Shown piece by piece: positions 48,000-58,178 of a DNA stretch of 64,000 nucleotides. Made by a program: the position numbers and the translations under genes. How positions within the stretch are numbered: the first letter of the stretch is position 1; each line of letters opens with the position of its first letter. Below the pieces are notes generated by a model. That model was not told the DNA's origin. It was given only the letters and a program-made list of their open reading frames with translations, and did no database searches. Location: IMG/VR virus record IMGVR_UViG_3300025889_000071; one strand, 5' to 3'. The stretch comes from a virus. Lineage: Duplodnaviria > Caudoviricetes.

Positions 48000-48747
48000 A
48001 ATCAGCATTGCTATCCCGTGCCATGATCGTGGTGAGAATGGCCCTAAGTGGTTGAGAGAACTCTTCGATTCAATTAAGAGTCAAACTTTTCAAGATATTG
48101 ATATTGTCATTTCTGATCAAAGTAAGAATGATGGTATCTTGGATGTCTGTAAGGAATATTCAGATGATTTTGAATTCACATATGTTAGATATGAGGGTGA
48201 TGTCCCTTGTGAAAATATAAACGTTGCTCTTGATAACTGTGAAGGTAGAATTATTAAAATCATGTTCTCTGATGATGTGTTTGTAGATAACACTGCTCTT
48301 CAAAACATATATGATCAGTATCAAGACCCTGAGTGTAAGTGGGTATTCAGTGGATTTTGTGAACTGAGAGATGGTAGATATGCAAGTGAAAAGATGCCTA
48401 TATGGTCAGACTACACTTTAGAAGGTAGAAATTTACTCAGCAGCCCTTCTGCAGTTTCTTTTCTAAATGATTGTAAGGTGAAATTTGATATTAATCTCAA
48501 ACTCTTGCTTGACACTGATTTTTATCATAGAATGAGATGGAATAATGGTATGCCTAAATTCATTCATAGTGTATTGATTGCAAATCGTGAGCATGATAAT
48601 AGAGTAAGCAGTCAGGCAACATCACAGTATGACTGTGTAATTGAACATCCAGAGGGAAACTGGATGATGAACAGAGGAGAGTATCGCTATGTTCAAGAAA
48701 AATATCCAGAGTTCATGAAAAACAGAAAGTATCCAGATGAGAATTGA
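47992..48747 (+). CDS. GT2 glycosyltransferase
   Basis: ISIAIP, IVISDQS, FSDD. Confidence 0.8.
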   Translation: MSEISIAIPCHDRGENGPKWLRELFDSIKSQTFQDIDIVISDQSKNDGILDVCKEYSDDFEFTYVRYEGDVPCENINVALDNCEGRIIKIMFSDDVFVDNTALQNIYDQYQDPECKWVFSGFCELRDGRYASEKMPIWSDYTLEGRNLLSSPSAVSFLNDCKVKFDINLKLLLDTDFYHRMRWNNGMPKFIHSVLIANREHDNRVSSQATSQYDCVIEHPEGNWMMNRGEYRYVQEKYPEFMKNRKYPDEN

Positions 48748-49558
48748 TTTAACGAAAGCTACATTCATAATTCCAATACGAATAGAGTCAGAAGATCGGC
48801 TTAGAAATATCATAACGGTAGTTGCATTTCTTTTAGAAACTTTTGATACTAATATTCTCATCAAAGAGGTAGATACTCATTCAGTGTTTGAAGAGAAGGC
48901 AATGCCAATTCTTCATAATATTGTGGATGTAGATATCAATATTAACCACATCTTTGAGAAAAGTGATGATAAGTTATTTCATCGACAAAGAATTATTAAT
49001 GAAATGTTGATGGAAGCAAAGACTGAAGTTATTTTCAATTATGATAGTGATGTAATTCTTCCTCTAGAATCTTATGTAAAATCATATCAAAGTATACTTG
49101 ATAAAACTTTTGATGTGGTCTATCCTTATGAGAGAGGAAACTTTCAAAAACGAGTGTATGCTGACGATGAGGTCGTCTCCAAGTTTTTAATGACAAAGGA
49201 CTATACCGATTTGGATAAGCATACAAATATTTCAACTGCTGATGCTGGATGGGTGCAAGTTTTCAATAGGGATGTTTATATAGAGGGAGGAATGGAGAAT
49301 GAAAACTTTAAAGCCTATGCTCCAGAAGATGTTGAGAGATTGCACAGATTCACCACTTTAGGATATAAGGTTGGTAGAATTGTTGATTTTGTTTATCATT
49401 TGGAGCATGGGAGAAGTGAAAATTCTTGGTTTTCCAATCCACACATGGCAAGTAATGTTGCTGAATGGGAAAAAATAAAAGTCTTAAATAAGAAACAATT
49501 AAAACATTATTATTCACGTCAAAAATATCTGAAAAAATATAATCACTTTCAAATTTGA
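48737..49558 (+). CDS. GT7-C-like galactosyltransferase
   Basis: YDSDV, GGMENENF..YAPEDVE. Confidence 0.72.
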   Translation: MRIDLTKATFIIPIRIESEDRLRNIITVVAFLLETFDTNILIKEVDTHSVFEEKAMPILHNIVDVDININHIFEKSDDKLFHRQRIINEMLMEAKTEVIFNYDSDVILPLESYVKSYQSILDKTFDVVYPYERGNFQKRVYADDEVVSKFLMTKDYTDLDKHTNISTADAGWVQVFNRDVYIEGGMENENFKAYAPEDVERLHRFTTLGYKVGRIVDFVYHLEHGRSENSWFSNPHMASNVAEWEKIKVLNKKQLKHYYSRQKYLKKYNHFQI

Positions 49559-49608
49559 TGTAGTGATTCAATCATGTGTAAACTGTAATTTTTTAAAGGA
49601 GAAATAAA

Positions 49609-50208
49609 ATGAATAAGTTAAAAATTGATTCTGAAGATCTTCTTGCAAACTATAATCAGTATGAATATCTTACTGATTATATGTGGGCCGGTCAAAAAGG
49701 TAACTGGAACAAACCAGGAGTGAGTGATTATCCACTATATGCATATCTTTCTACATTATTTAATGATATAACGATTCTTGAGATTGGAACATGCTTGGGT
49801 GGATCTGCACTTATGATGTCTCATAATGAATCTAATAATATTATCAGTTATGATATTGCCAAACATTCTAATGATGTTCCTGAAAAATTTAGAAACATTG
49901 AATTTAGAATTGGTAATTTTATGAATGATAATATTGATTACACTAATATTAGATTTTTAACAATTGATGCAGCACATACTGGTAGAGAAGAAGTTGAAAT
50001 GGTTAAACATTTGGAGAGTGTTTGGGAAGGTGGATTGTTATTTTTGGATGATATCCATAATAATGCCGGTGGAAGTATGCAAGAATTTTGGGATGGAATT
50101 GATCGTGATAGGCATGATTGTTATGACTTTTCTGAACTTGGTCATGGTTCCCGATTAGGTACGGGAATTGTTAACTTCAACAAATACTATGATTTAGAAA
50201 TTATTTGA
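49609..50208 (+). CDS. class I SAM-dependent methyltransferase
   Basis: ILEIGTCLGGS, IDAAH, LFLDD. Confidence 0.78.
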   Translation: MNKLKIDSEDLLANYNQYEYLTDYMWAGQKGNWNKPGVSDYPLYAYLSTLFNDITILEIGTCLGGSALMMSHNESNNIISYDIAKHSNDVPEKFRNIEFRIGNFMNDNIDYTNIRFLTIDAAHTGREEVEMVKHLESVWEGGLLFLDDIHNNAGGSMQEFWDGIDRDRHDCYDFSELGHGSRLGTGIVNFNKYYDLEII

Positions 50209-50212
50209 GATT

Positions 50213-51061
50213 ATGTTATTTTTTAATCACATAGGAAGTCTGGGGAGACTTGGAAATCAAATGTTCGAATATGCTGCTCTTCGTGGAATAGCAGCTAAAC
50301 ATGGTTATCAATTTTGTATTCCTCCATCACATATGAAAGGGATAGAAAATTATAGTCTTCATGATTGCTTTAAACTCTCATCAAATAGACATGAGGGAAT
50401 TGGTGAGGATGTTAAATACGTTCAGGAACCACACTTTCATTTCTCTCAAGAACTCTTTGACAAATGTCCAGACAATACAAGTCTCCATGGGTTCTTTCAA
50501 TCTGAAAAATACTTTCAACACATTTCAGATCAAATAAGAGAGGACTACACATTTCATGATGAACATCTTCTTCCGTGTAAGGAGATGATGTCTACAGTTG
50601 AAGGTGAACCTATTATGCTTCATGTTCGACGTGGAGATCCAAATCTCACTGACCCTCGTGGATTCAAATGGAGTTATACTCAATGTGGTGATCAACACCC
50701 TGTTCAACCACTTGAATATTATGAGCGAGCCCTTGCAGAGTTTGATGATGATCAACCAGTAATTGTATTTTCAGATTCTCCTGAATGGGTCAAAGAACAA
50801 GAATTTTTCTCTGGAGATAGATTTTTAATTTCTGAACCTCAACAGAAATATTCTGATGGTTCTTATACACCATATGCTGACTTGTGCTTGATGTCATTGT
50901 GTTCACATGCTATAATTGCTAACAGTAGTATGAGTTGGTGGGGAGCATGGTTGATTGCAAACCCTAACAAAAAAGTGATTGCACCAAAGATGTGGTTTGG
51001 TCCTGCTTATGCAGATAAAAACATCAAAGACCTTTATTGTTCCGATTGGATTGTGCTATGA
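50213..51061 (+). CDS. GT11 alpha-1,2-fucosyltransferase-like
   Basis: GRLGNQMF, GFFQSE, HVRRGD, NSSMSWWGA. Confidence 0.88.
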   Translation: MLFFNHIGSLGRLGNQMFEYAALRGIAAKHGYQFCIPPSHMKGIENYSLHDCFKLSSNRHEGIGEDVKYVQEPHFHFSQELFDKCPDNTSLHGFFQSEKYFQHISDQIREDYTFHDEHLLPCKEMMSTVEGEPIMLHVRRGDPNLTDPRGFKWSYTQCGDQHPVQPLEYYERALAEFDDDQPVIVFSDSPEWVKEQEFFSGDRFLISEPQQKYSDGSYTPYADLCLMSLCSHAIIANSSMSWWGAWLIANPNKKVIAPKMWFGPAYADKNIKDLYCSDWIVL

Positions 51062-51879
51062 ATAGAATTACAGACTATCAACATCTCAAAGAAAATATTG
51101 TTAAATGGTTAAATCAATATGTTTCAGATAATCCTAGTATCAAAGCATTTGTTGTAGGGGTATCTGGTGGAATCGATTCTGCTGTTACAGCTACTCTTTG
51201 TGCTGAAACTGGGTTTCCAACTTATGTTCTTTCAATGCCATTGTATTCTTCTCATGATAGTGATTCTCTTTCAAGAGATTATGTTAATGAGTTGGAAAAG
51301 AAATATGATAATGTGACTAAAGTTCGAGTTGAACTTTCTGGAGTTTATGATAAATTCTTGCAATCATTTGGATGGTGGACTGGTGATGAGTTTACTAAAA
51401 ATGAACTTGCAAATGCGAATACAAAATCACGACTTCGTATGGTAACTTTATATCAAGTTGCTGGTTCTAAAAATGGTATTGTTGTTGGAACTGGTAATAA
51501 GGTTGAGGATTATGGTGTTGGGTTTTATACTAAATATGGTGACGGTGGTGTTGATATTGCACCAATTGCAGATCTTTATAAAACAGAAGTATGGGAACTT
51601 GGAAAATATCTTGGTGTAGATCAACGTATTATTGATGCTCCTCCAACCGATGGGCTTTGGGGAGATAGTAGAACGGATGAGCAACAACTTGGTGTTTCCT
51701 ATGAACTTCTCGAATGGGTAATGGAAAGTGGAATAATGGATTGGAAAGATCCATCTTCACTTGATATGTGGAAAGGTAATCCTTTATCTGATGAACAGAA
51801 ACATGCAGTTAAGCAATATCAAAAGTTTAACACCCAGAATCAACATAAAATGTCATCAATTCCTACGTTTAAACTATGA
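51058..51879 (+). CDS. nadE: NH3-dependent NAD+ synthetase
   Basis: GVSGGIDSA, NTKSRLRM, GTGNKVE, FYTKYGDG, IADLYKTEV, PTDGLW. Confidence 0.9.
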   Translation: MNRITDYQHLKENIVKWLNQYVSDNPSIKAFVVGVSGGIDSAVTATLCAETGFPTYVLSMPLYSSHDSDSLSRDYVNELEKKYDNVTKVRVELSGVYDKFLQSFGWWTGDEFTKNELANANTKSRLRMVTLYQVAGSKNGIVVGTGNKVEDYGVGFYTKYGDGGVDIAPIADLYKTEVWELGKYLGVDQRIIDAPPTDGLWGDSRTDEQQLGVSYELLEWVMESGIMDWKDPSSLDMWKGNPLSDEQKHAVKQYQKFNTQNQHKMSSIPTFKL

Positions 51880-53012
51880 AAATTGGAGTTATCGGAGCTG
51901 GTAGATTAGGTATTTGCTTTGCTCTTCTTTGCGAACAAGCTGGATATGAAGTTATTGTTTCTGATTGCAGAGAAGACTATGTAAATGGTCTTCAAAACAA
52001 ATTTATTAATACCAATGAACCTGAAGTACAGAAGATGCTACTTGAGGCAACAAACTTTACTGCTACGATAAGTAATCAGAAAGTAATTGATGAGTGTGAT
52101 ATAATTTACACTCTTGTTGCAACACCTTCACGTTCGGATGGAAGTTATAACGTTGAAGCTGTATGGGAGGTAGTGGAAGATATTAAAAAATCTTCTAAAT
52201 CTGCTGGTAAATCTTTTGTTGTTGGGTGTACAACAAATCCTGGAGATTGTGCAGAGATTCAAGAAGAGTTGAAAGAATGCGGTGTAGAAGTATTTTACAA
52301 TCCAGAATTTATTGCTCAAGGATCCATTGTACGTGATTTGAGACGTGCAGATATGGTTCTCATTGGTGGTGATAATAGTTTAGTATATGCAGATCTTTGT
52401 GAACTTTATCACAAGATTCAGGAAACTGAACCAAAGATTCACTTTATGTCAACTACTTCTGCAGAACTTGTCAAACTTGCAGTTAATTGTTTTCTAACAA
52501 CAAAAATTAGTTATGCAAACATGGTTGGACAAGTGATGACTCTCTATGGTTTGGAGAATGAAATATCAACTGTTCTTGAAGCAATTGGTGATGATACGAG
52601 AGTTGGTCGTAAATATTTGAAGTATGGATATGGTTTTGGTGGCCCATGTCTTCCTAGAGATAATCGTTCTTTTGGAGCATTTGCAAAAAAACTTGGTCTC
52701 AAATTTGATCTAGGAAACACCACTGATAACTTTAATAATGAACATGCAAAATTCTTATGTGATTATTTTATTTCTAAAAATGTAAATAAACTTCCTTTTT
52801 ACTTTGATTATGTTTCTTATAAAAAAGGAACTGATATTCTCACAGAGAGTCAGCAGTATAGACTTTGTTTAGACCTTCTTTATGCTGGTTATACTGTTTA
52901 TATTGACGATATTGAAACTATTATGACACAGATTAGAGACGATCTTGATGGATATGGTGAACGGGTTAAGTTTGGCAAACCATCTGAAGAAGTTTATAAG
53001 ATTGACTTTTAA
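51876..53012 (+). CDS. ugd: UDP-glucose 6-dehydrogenase-like
   Basis: GAGRLG, NPEF, KISYAN, GFGGPCL. Confidence 0.88.
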   Translation: MKIGVIGAGRLGICFALLCEQAGYEVIVSDCREDYVNGLQNKFINTNEPEVQKMLLEATNFTATISNQKVIDECDIIYTLVATPSRSDGSYNVEAVWEVVEDIKKSSKSAGKSFVVGCTTNPGDCAEIQEELKECGVEVFYNPEFIAQGSIVRDLRRADMVLIGGDNSLVYADLCELYHKIQETEPKIHFMSTTSAELVKLAVNCFLTTKISYANMVGQVMTLYGLENEISTVLEAIGDDTRVGRKYLKYGYGFGGPCLPRDNRSFGAFAKKLGLKFDLGNTTDNFNNEHAKFLCDYFISKNVNKLPFYFDYVSYKKGTDILTESQQYRLCLDLLYAGYTVYIDDIETIMTQIRDDLDGYGERVKFGKPSEEVYKIDF

Positions 53013-53015
53013 AAA

Positions 53016-53822
53016 ATGACAGAAGCACTTTTAGATAAAAATAAATCTGCCTTTAAACTTAAGGGTATGGGTCCGATATATTGTATCAATCTGGATGATC
53101 AACCAGAAAGATGGAAGTATATGGAAGATCAATTTAAGTATTGGGAAATTGAAAACTATACTCGCATCTCTGGATATGATGGCCGTGATGATGACTTGAG
53201 TGATATACTCACAGGAAAATATCCTGATAGAGTTTCTTCTGGAGAAATTGGATGTTCTACAAGTCATCTTAAAGCCATCAAGCATTGGTTAGAAACTTCT
53301 GATTCTCCTTATGCGATTATGATGGAAGATGACTGTAGTTTAGAAACGGTAAGGTTTTGGAATTTTACTTGGAATGACTTTTATGCACATGTTCCATATG
53401 ATTGGGATGTAGTTCAAATTGCTATTATCTGTACTGGGGATATTCATGTTCGTCTTCACAAAAGATTTGTAAATGATTTTTCAACAGCATGTTATATTAT
53501 CAATCGTCATCATGCAGAAAAACTTTTAAGATTTCATGTTCGTGGTGAAAAGTATAAATTGGACAATGGATGTAAACCAAGACCAGTTGCTGATGATTTG
53601 ATTTATAATTCCGGTAACACTTATTCCATGCCCCTATTAGTCTATAGAACAGAACTTGGGTCTTCTATACACCCAGAGCACGTTGACATCTATCACAAGG
53701 GCAATTACCAGGCTCTCACTAACTTTTGGCAACAGAATGGTGCTAATATTGATATTGTTGATTATATGAACTACGATCCATATCTTGGAAGAATTACGGA
53801 ACCAACACAAAGAGATGCTTGA
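53016..53822 (+). CDS. GT25 glycosyltransferase
   Basis: YCINLD, GEIGC..SH, IMEDD. Confidence 0.82.
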   Translation: MTEALLDKNKSAFKLKGMGPIYCINLDDQPERWKYMEDQFKYWEIENYTRISGYDGRDDDLSDILTGKYPDRVSSGEIGCSTSHLKAIKHWLETSDSPYAIMMEDDCSLETVRFWNFTWNDFYAHVPYDWDVVQIAIICTGDIHVRLHKRFVNDFSTACYIINRHHAEKLLRFHVRGEKYKLDNGCKPRPVADDLIYNSGNTYSMPLLVYRTELGSSIHPEHVDIYHKGNYQALTNFWQQNGANIDIVDYMNYDPYLGRITEPTQRDA

Positions 53823-53847
53823 CAGAACTTTACATTTCCTATATAAT
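53819..53847 (+). promoter_or_regulatory. sigma70 promoter of hli operon
   Basis: TTGACA-17-TATAAT. Confidence 0.8.
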
Positions 53848-53872
53848 TATGTAACAGTTCTTTACAAAGACA

Positions 53873-54091
53873 ATGACCGTAACAACTAATGAGCGTGGAC
53901 AACAGAATATGTGGGCAACTGAACCCACCATGTACATGACTAAAGAAGATCTTGATCGTTATGGTATCGAAACACATGCTGAAAAAGCAGAGAAACTGAA
54001 CGGTCGTGTTGCCATGCTGGGATTCGTCGCAGCAGTCGTTTCCTATGCAACTACTGGTAGCCTGTTCTTCTTCGGTGCATTCGGTATTTGA
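53873..54091 (+). CDS. hli: high-light-inducible protein
   Basis: AEKLNGRVAMLGF. Confidence 0.92.
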   Translation: MTVTTNERGQQNMWATEPTMYMTKEDLDRYGIETHAEKAEKLNGRVAMLGFVAAVVSYATTGSLFFFGAFGI

Positions 54092-54285
54092 TTATGGAAC
54101 ACAGCATCGTTGAACTTTTCACATATTATGTGATTGCTGGAGCACTCATCATCGGAGCACCTGCCGTCTTTTTCCTTGTTGCTTTCATGCCTGCTCTTCA
54201 GAATACGAAGGGTCGTATGGTAGGATATAAGGACCACAAGACTTATGGTGATTCATCTATTTACGAAGTAAACAGGAGCACTTGA
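54088..54285 (+). CDS. small membrane protein
   Basis: Single TM, 65 aa. Confidence 0.6.
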   Translation: MIMEHSIVELFTYYVIAGALIIGAPAVFFLVAFMPALQNTKGRMVGYKDHKTYGDSSIYEVNRST

Positions 54286-54287
54286 CA

Positions 54288-54671
<384 letters not shown>

Positions 54672-54672
<1 letters not shown>

Positions 54673-54965
54673 TGAACAAGTTTCTTCTTTTCTCCAAGGA
54701 CTCTTGTGGCCCTTGTATGTTGGTAGAAAAATACTTTCGTTCTATCAAAGATGAAAGAACCAGCATCATTGAAAAGGTAGATCTTGAAGATTTTGGGTCA
54801 ACTCCATCTCAAGAAGCACTAGATCTTGCTAAAAAGTATGGTGTGACTGCAACACCTGTTCTTGTTGTTACAGATTCTGAAGGAAACAAGTTAGAAGAAT
54901 ACATAGGTGGTATGGGAATTACCCAAAACATCAGAAAGTTATTTGATCAGTATGCCAAATCCTAA
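54672..54965 (+). CDS. thioredoxin-like protein
   Basis: CGPC, GVTATP. Confidence 0.8.
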
Positions 54966-55101
54966 TCAACTTCAAGAAGACATAGTTAAATTAAATGCCC
55001 TATACGAAGAACTCTGCTGGGGGCACGATGACGAATTAGTATTCAGTCACGAAAATGGCAGAGTCGTTATTTACAACAAAACTCAGGAGCAAAAACAATG
55101 A
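54952..55101 (+). CDS. small hypothetical protein
   Basis: MPNPNQLQEDI. Confidence 0.5.
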   Translation: MPNPNQLQEDIVKLNALYEELCWGHDDELVFSHENGRVVIYNKTQEQKQ

Positions 55102-55205
55102 ACGAAAAAGCAGAACGCATTAATGGTTGGGCAGCAATGATTGGAGTCATTGCCGCAATGGGATCTTATGCCGTTAGTGGCCAGATCATTCCAGGTGTAT
55201 GGTGA
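55098..55205 (+). CDS. hli: short high-light-inducible protein (35 aa)
   Basis: AERINGWAAMIG..SGQIIPG. Confidence 0.9.
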   Translation: MNEKAERINGWAAMIGVIAAMGSYAVSGQIIPGVW

Positions 55206-55210
55206 ATGAT

Positions 55211-55336
55211 ATGTTACTTCTAGGTTCTATAATGCTGGGCACATTTATTTTTTATGCCGCCCTGTTTAGTGAGGACGTAGATGATGATGATGACATGGAC
55301 GGCGGTATGATGGTTCCCGCATATAACCCAATTTAA
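55211..55336 (+). CDS. small TM protein with acidic tail
   Basis: ..DDDDDMDGGMMVP. Confidence 0.55.
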   Translation: MLLLGSIMLGTFIFYAALFSEDVDDDDDMDGGMMVPAYNPI

Positions 55337-55381
55337 TTCTCAAACTCTGTTCTAAATAAAGGACAGAGTTTTTTTTGTATT

Positions 55382-55543
55382 ATGTCACATAACCAATTGA
55401 CAAGAGATGAAATCAAGTGTCATGTTCTTAAGTTAAAACATCAAGTTGATCAAGAGCCAAAAACTGTATGGCAAGGAGAAAAGGATCTTGCTCATAAGTA
55501 TCTTAATTTGGTCTTGGACAAGATAGAGGAATATCGATTTTAG
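55382..55543 (+). CDS. conserved small hypothetical protein
   Basis: 53 aa, LAHKYLNLVLDKIEEYR. Confidence 0.6.
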   Translation: MSHNQLTRDEIKCHVLKLKHQVDQEPKTVWQGEKDLAHKYLNLVLDKIEEYRF

Positions 55544-55546
55544 GGG

Positions 55547-55664
55547 TTGACACCCCTTTTTTTGTGCCTTATAATAGACAGGTCTTCGGGAGACACCGCT
55601 TCAACACCTCCAAATGGGTACTACCAAATGGGGACTTGACAAGTAGTGGAGACCGTAGTATACT
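55547..55664 (+). promoter_or_regulatory. two tandem sigma70 promoters upstream of psbA
   Basis: TTGACA(55547)-17-TATAAT and TTGACA(55636)-17-TATACT. Confidence 0.75.
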
Positions 55665-55699
55665 AAATAAATCAACGACAAAGAAGTTTACATTTCTTA

Positions 55700-55825
55700 A
55701 CCGTTGGAACACACCCCGCAAACCGAGACCTCTAGGGTGTCTAAATCACGTCTCTTATATCCCAAGGCGAGGGGTCTTGGGAAATAGTAACTCCACCATG
55801 TCCCTGATGGTCTTACTTAAATTTC
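55700..55825 (+). ncRNA. structured psbA 5' leader, likely PhotoRC-II motif
   Basis: GAGAC/GTCTC, CCCAAG/CTTGGG, CCAT/ATGG stems in front of psbA. Confidence 0.5.
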
Positions 55826-55831
55826 AAAACA

Positions 55832-56911
55832 ATGTCTTCTACAACACTTTCAAAACAACAATCGAATACTTGGGACCAGTTCACTGAGTGGGTCACTTCC
55901 ACCAACAATCGTCTTTATGTTGGTTGGTTCGGAACTCTTATGATTCCAACCCTGCTTGCTGCTACACTCTGCTTCATCGTTGCCTTCATCGCTGCTCCTC
56001 CTGTGGACATCGATGGCATCCGTGAACCAGTCGCTGGTTCTCTCCTTTATGGAAACAACATCATCTCTGGTGCTGTTGTTCCTTCTTCTAACGCAATTGG
56101 ACTCCACTTCTATCCCATCTGGGAAGCTGCATCACTTGATGAATGGCTTTACAACGGTGGTCCTTATCAATTGGTCGTCTTCCACTTCCTGATTGGCATC
56201 TTCTGCTACATGGGTCGTGAGTGGGAACTTTCTTATCGTCTGGGTATGCGTCCCTGGATCTGCGTTGCATATTCCGCACCTGTTGCTGCTGCATCTGCTG
56301 TATTCCTGGTCTATCCTTTCGGTCAAGGTTCTTTCTCTGATGGTATGCCCCTTGGTATTAGTGGCACGTTCAACTTCATGCTTGTCTTCCAAGCAGAGCA
56401 CAACATCCTGATGCACCCCTTCCACATGCTTGGTGTGGCTGGTGTCTTCGGTGGTTCACTGTTCTCCGCAATGCACGGTTCTCTGGTTACTTCTTCACTG
56501 GTTCGTGAAACCACAGAAAACGAGTCCCAGAACTATGGTTACAAGTTCGGTCAAGAAGAAGAGACCTACAACATTGTTGCTGCTCATGGATACTTTGGTC
56601 GTCTAATCTTCCAATATGCATCCTTCAACAACTCCCGTTCACTTCACTTTTTCCTTGCAGCATGGCCTGTCGTAGGAATCTGGTTCACTGCACTTGGTGT
56701 TAGCACCATGGCATTCAATCTCAACGGTTTCAACTTCAACCAGTCCATCATCGACGGTCAAGGTCGTGTGCTCAACACCTGGGCAGATGTGCTGAACCGT
56801 GCCAACCTCGGGATGGAAGTGATGCACGAGAGGAACGCACACAATTTCCCTCTGGATCTTGCTGCTGCTGAGTCCACTCCTGTTGCACTTACTGCTCCAA
56901 CCATCGGTTGA
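55832..56911 (+). CDS. psbA: photosystem II D1 protein
   Basis: Full 359-aa D1, no intron. Confidence 0.99.
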   Translation: MSSTTLSKQQSNTWDQFTEWVTSTNNRLYVGWFGTLMIPTLLAATLCFIVAFIAAPPVDIDGIREPVAGSLLYGNNIISGAVVPSSNAIGLHFYPIWEAASLDEWLYNGGPYQLVVFHFLIGIFCYMGREWELSYRLGMRPWICVAYSAPVAAASAVFLVYPFGQGSFSDGMPLGISGTFNFMLVFQAEHNILMHPFHMLGVAGVFGGSLFSAMHGSLVTSSLVRETTENESQNYGYKFGQEEETYNIVAAHGYFGRLIFQYASFNNSRSLHFFLAAWPVVGIWFTALGVSTMAFNLNGFNFNQSIIDGQGRVLNTWADVLNRANLGMEVMHERNAHNFPLDLAAAESTPVALTAPTIG

Positions 56912-56932
56912 GTTTCCTGAAAACTGAATAAT

Positions 56933-56963
56933 AAAAAGGGGGTCTCATTGAGATCCTTTTTTT
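56933..56963 (+). terminator. rho-independent terminator after psbA
   Basis: A-run, GGGGGTCTC/GAGATCCTT, T-run. Confidence 0.7.
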
Positions 56964-56997
56964 GTATAAATAGGTATTGAGAATACGCATTACAATA

Positions 56998-57363
56998 ATG
57001 AAAACTTGTAGCATCTGTAAGCAAGAGTTGCCTCTTTCAAACTTTCATAAAAGAACTTATGCTTCTGGAAATATTGGATATCAAAATAAATGTAGAAAAT
57101 GCACCACTACTGTTAGGAGAGAGTATTATAAGCCCCACGAAAAAACTAGACAAAAACTAAAAATTAGTGAGGAGCAGTATAATGATCTAATGAAGAATGA
57201 GAACTGTCAAATATGTGATGCAGAACTAACCAAGAAGTGTATTGACCACTGCCACTCCACAAACAAGATACGGGGTGTCCTCTGCAACAACTGCAACACC
57301 GCACTGGGTCTTGTAGGAGACAACACCCATATCCTCCAAAAGATGATTGAGTATCTCGGTTGA
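56998..57363 (+). mobile_element. F-CphI-like endonuclease VII family homing endonuclease
   Basis: CSIC..C, CQIC..IDHCH..IRGVLCNNCN.ALG; TATAAATA at 56965; directly downstream of psbA. Confidence 0.85.
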
Positions 57364-57389
57364 TATAAAAACTAAATACTGATATAATA

Positions 57390-57415
57390 AGAGGGTCACA
57401 CAGACCCTCTTTTTT
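57390..57415 (+). terminator. rho-independent terminator
   Basis: AGAGGGTC/GACCCTCT plus T run. Confidence 0.78.
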
Positions 57416-57416
57416 A

Positions 57417-57593
57417 ATGGCAAAAGTTAGAGACCCACTCAAGTATGGATACTATGGAGTTGATTATGTGCTCTGGGGTAAAGATAGAGTTGCTGTTTAC
57501 TTTGATATGATTACTGCACAACAATCAATGATGTCTATGCTGAAACGTGGAGTTGAAGTCAAAGGAATGAGAGAGATTAAAGTAAATGGGTAA
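57417..57593 (+). CDS. small hypothetical protein
   Basis: 58 codons, overlaps next start. Confidence 0.45.
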   Translation: MAKVRDPLKYGYYGVDYVLWGKDRVAVYFDMITAQQSMMSMLKRGVEVKGMREIKVNG

Positions 57594-57837
57594 GAGGAAA
57601 AGTGCCTGGAGAATTTGGGCAAAAGCATTAGGACAAAAAGATGGAAAAGATGATCGAGAGGCAGATATTATTGCTGGCATACGCACCCTTATTTTTATTT
57701 CTTACTTGGTTACCAATGTGGCTATCGTGGCCAATGCAGTAAGACACTGGAATGATGGGGTAAATAGAAATGTAGTCACGGGCACACAACCCACACAGAG
57801 GGTTTCCAATGTATCGGGAACCGCATCTCAACGATAA
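57586..57837 (+). CDS. conserved hypothetical membrane protein
   Basis: WRIWAKALG.K..D. Confidence 0.6.
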   Translation: MGKRKSAWRIWAKALGQKDGKDDREADIIAGIRTLIFISYLVTNVAIVANAVRHWNDGVNRNVVTGTQPTQRVSNVSGTASQR

Positions 57838-58018
57838 GTCAAAGGAATGTGCGGATATATGGAATGAATGGTATGAAATATTTCAAGATTCGGAAAAAAG
57901 AAACACGCCAAAACGTAAAGAATTGAGAGATGAATGGTGTAAGTGTTGTGATGAATTGAGTGAAATGGTTCGTCAAGAATATCTAACAAACCCTAGGTAC
58001 AATAATTTAAAAATGTAA
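57809..58018 (+). CDS. conserved hypothetical protein
   Basis: MYREPHLNDKSKEC. Confidence 0.6.
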   Translation: MYREPHLNDKSKECADIWNEWYEIFQDSEKRNTPKRKELRDEWCKCCDELSEMVRQEYLTNPRYNNLKM

Positions 58019-58118
58019 TAAAGATGATAACGACAGAAACTCCTGATAAGTTGAGGCAAATTATTATGGATACATGGCCTCAACTTTATCGAAGACAAAG
58101 AGTAGGTATTACTTCTTA

Positions 58119-58147
58119 TTGACTAATACTGTAAAGTTATGTAAACT
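58119..58147 (+). promoter_or_regulatory. psbD promoter overlapped by HLR1-like direct repeat
   Basis: TTGACT-17-TAAACT; minus strand TTTACATA-AC-TTTACAGT. Confidence 0.6.
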
Positions 58148-58178
58148 AAATATGAGAAGTAATTAAGAGGTAATTTTT

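Noticed and set aside
55382-55543. Possible NblA homolog near psbA
   Set aside because: Small and helical, but lacks the LSLEQQF-type NblA pattern
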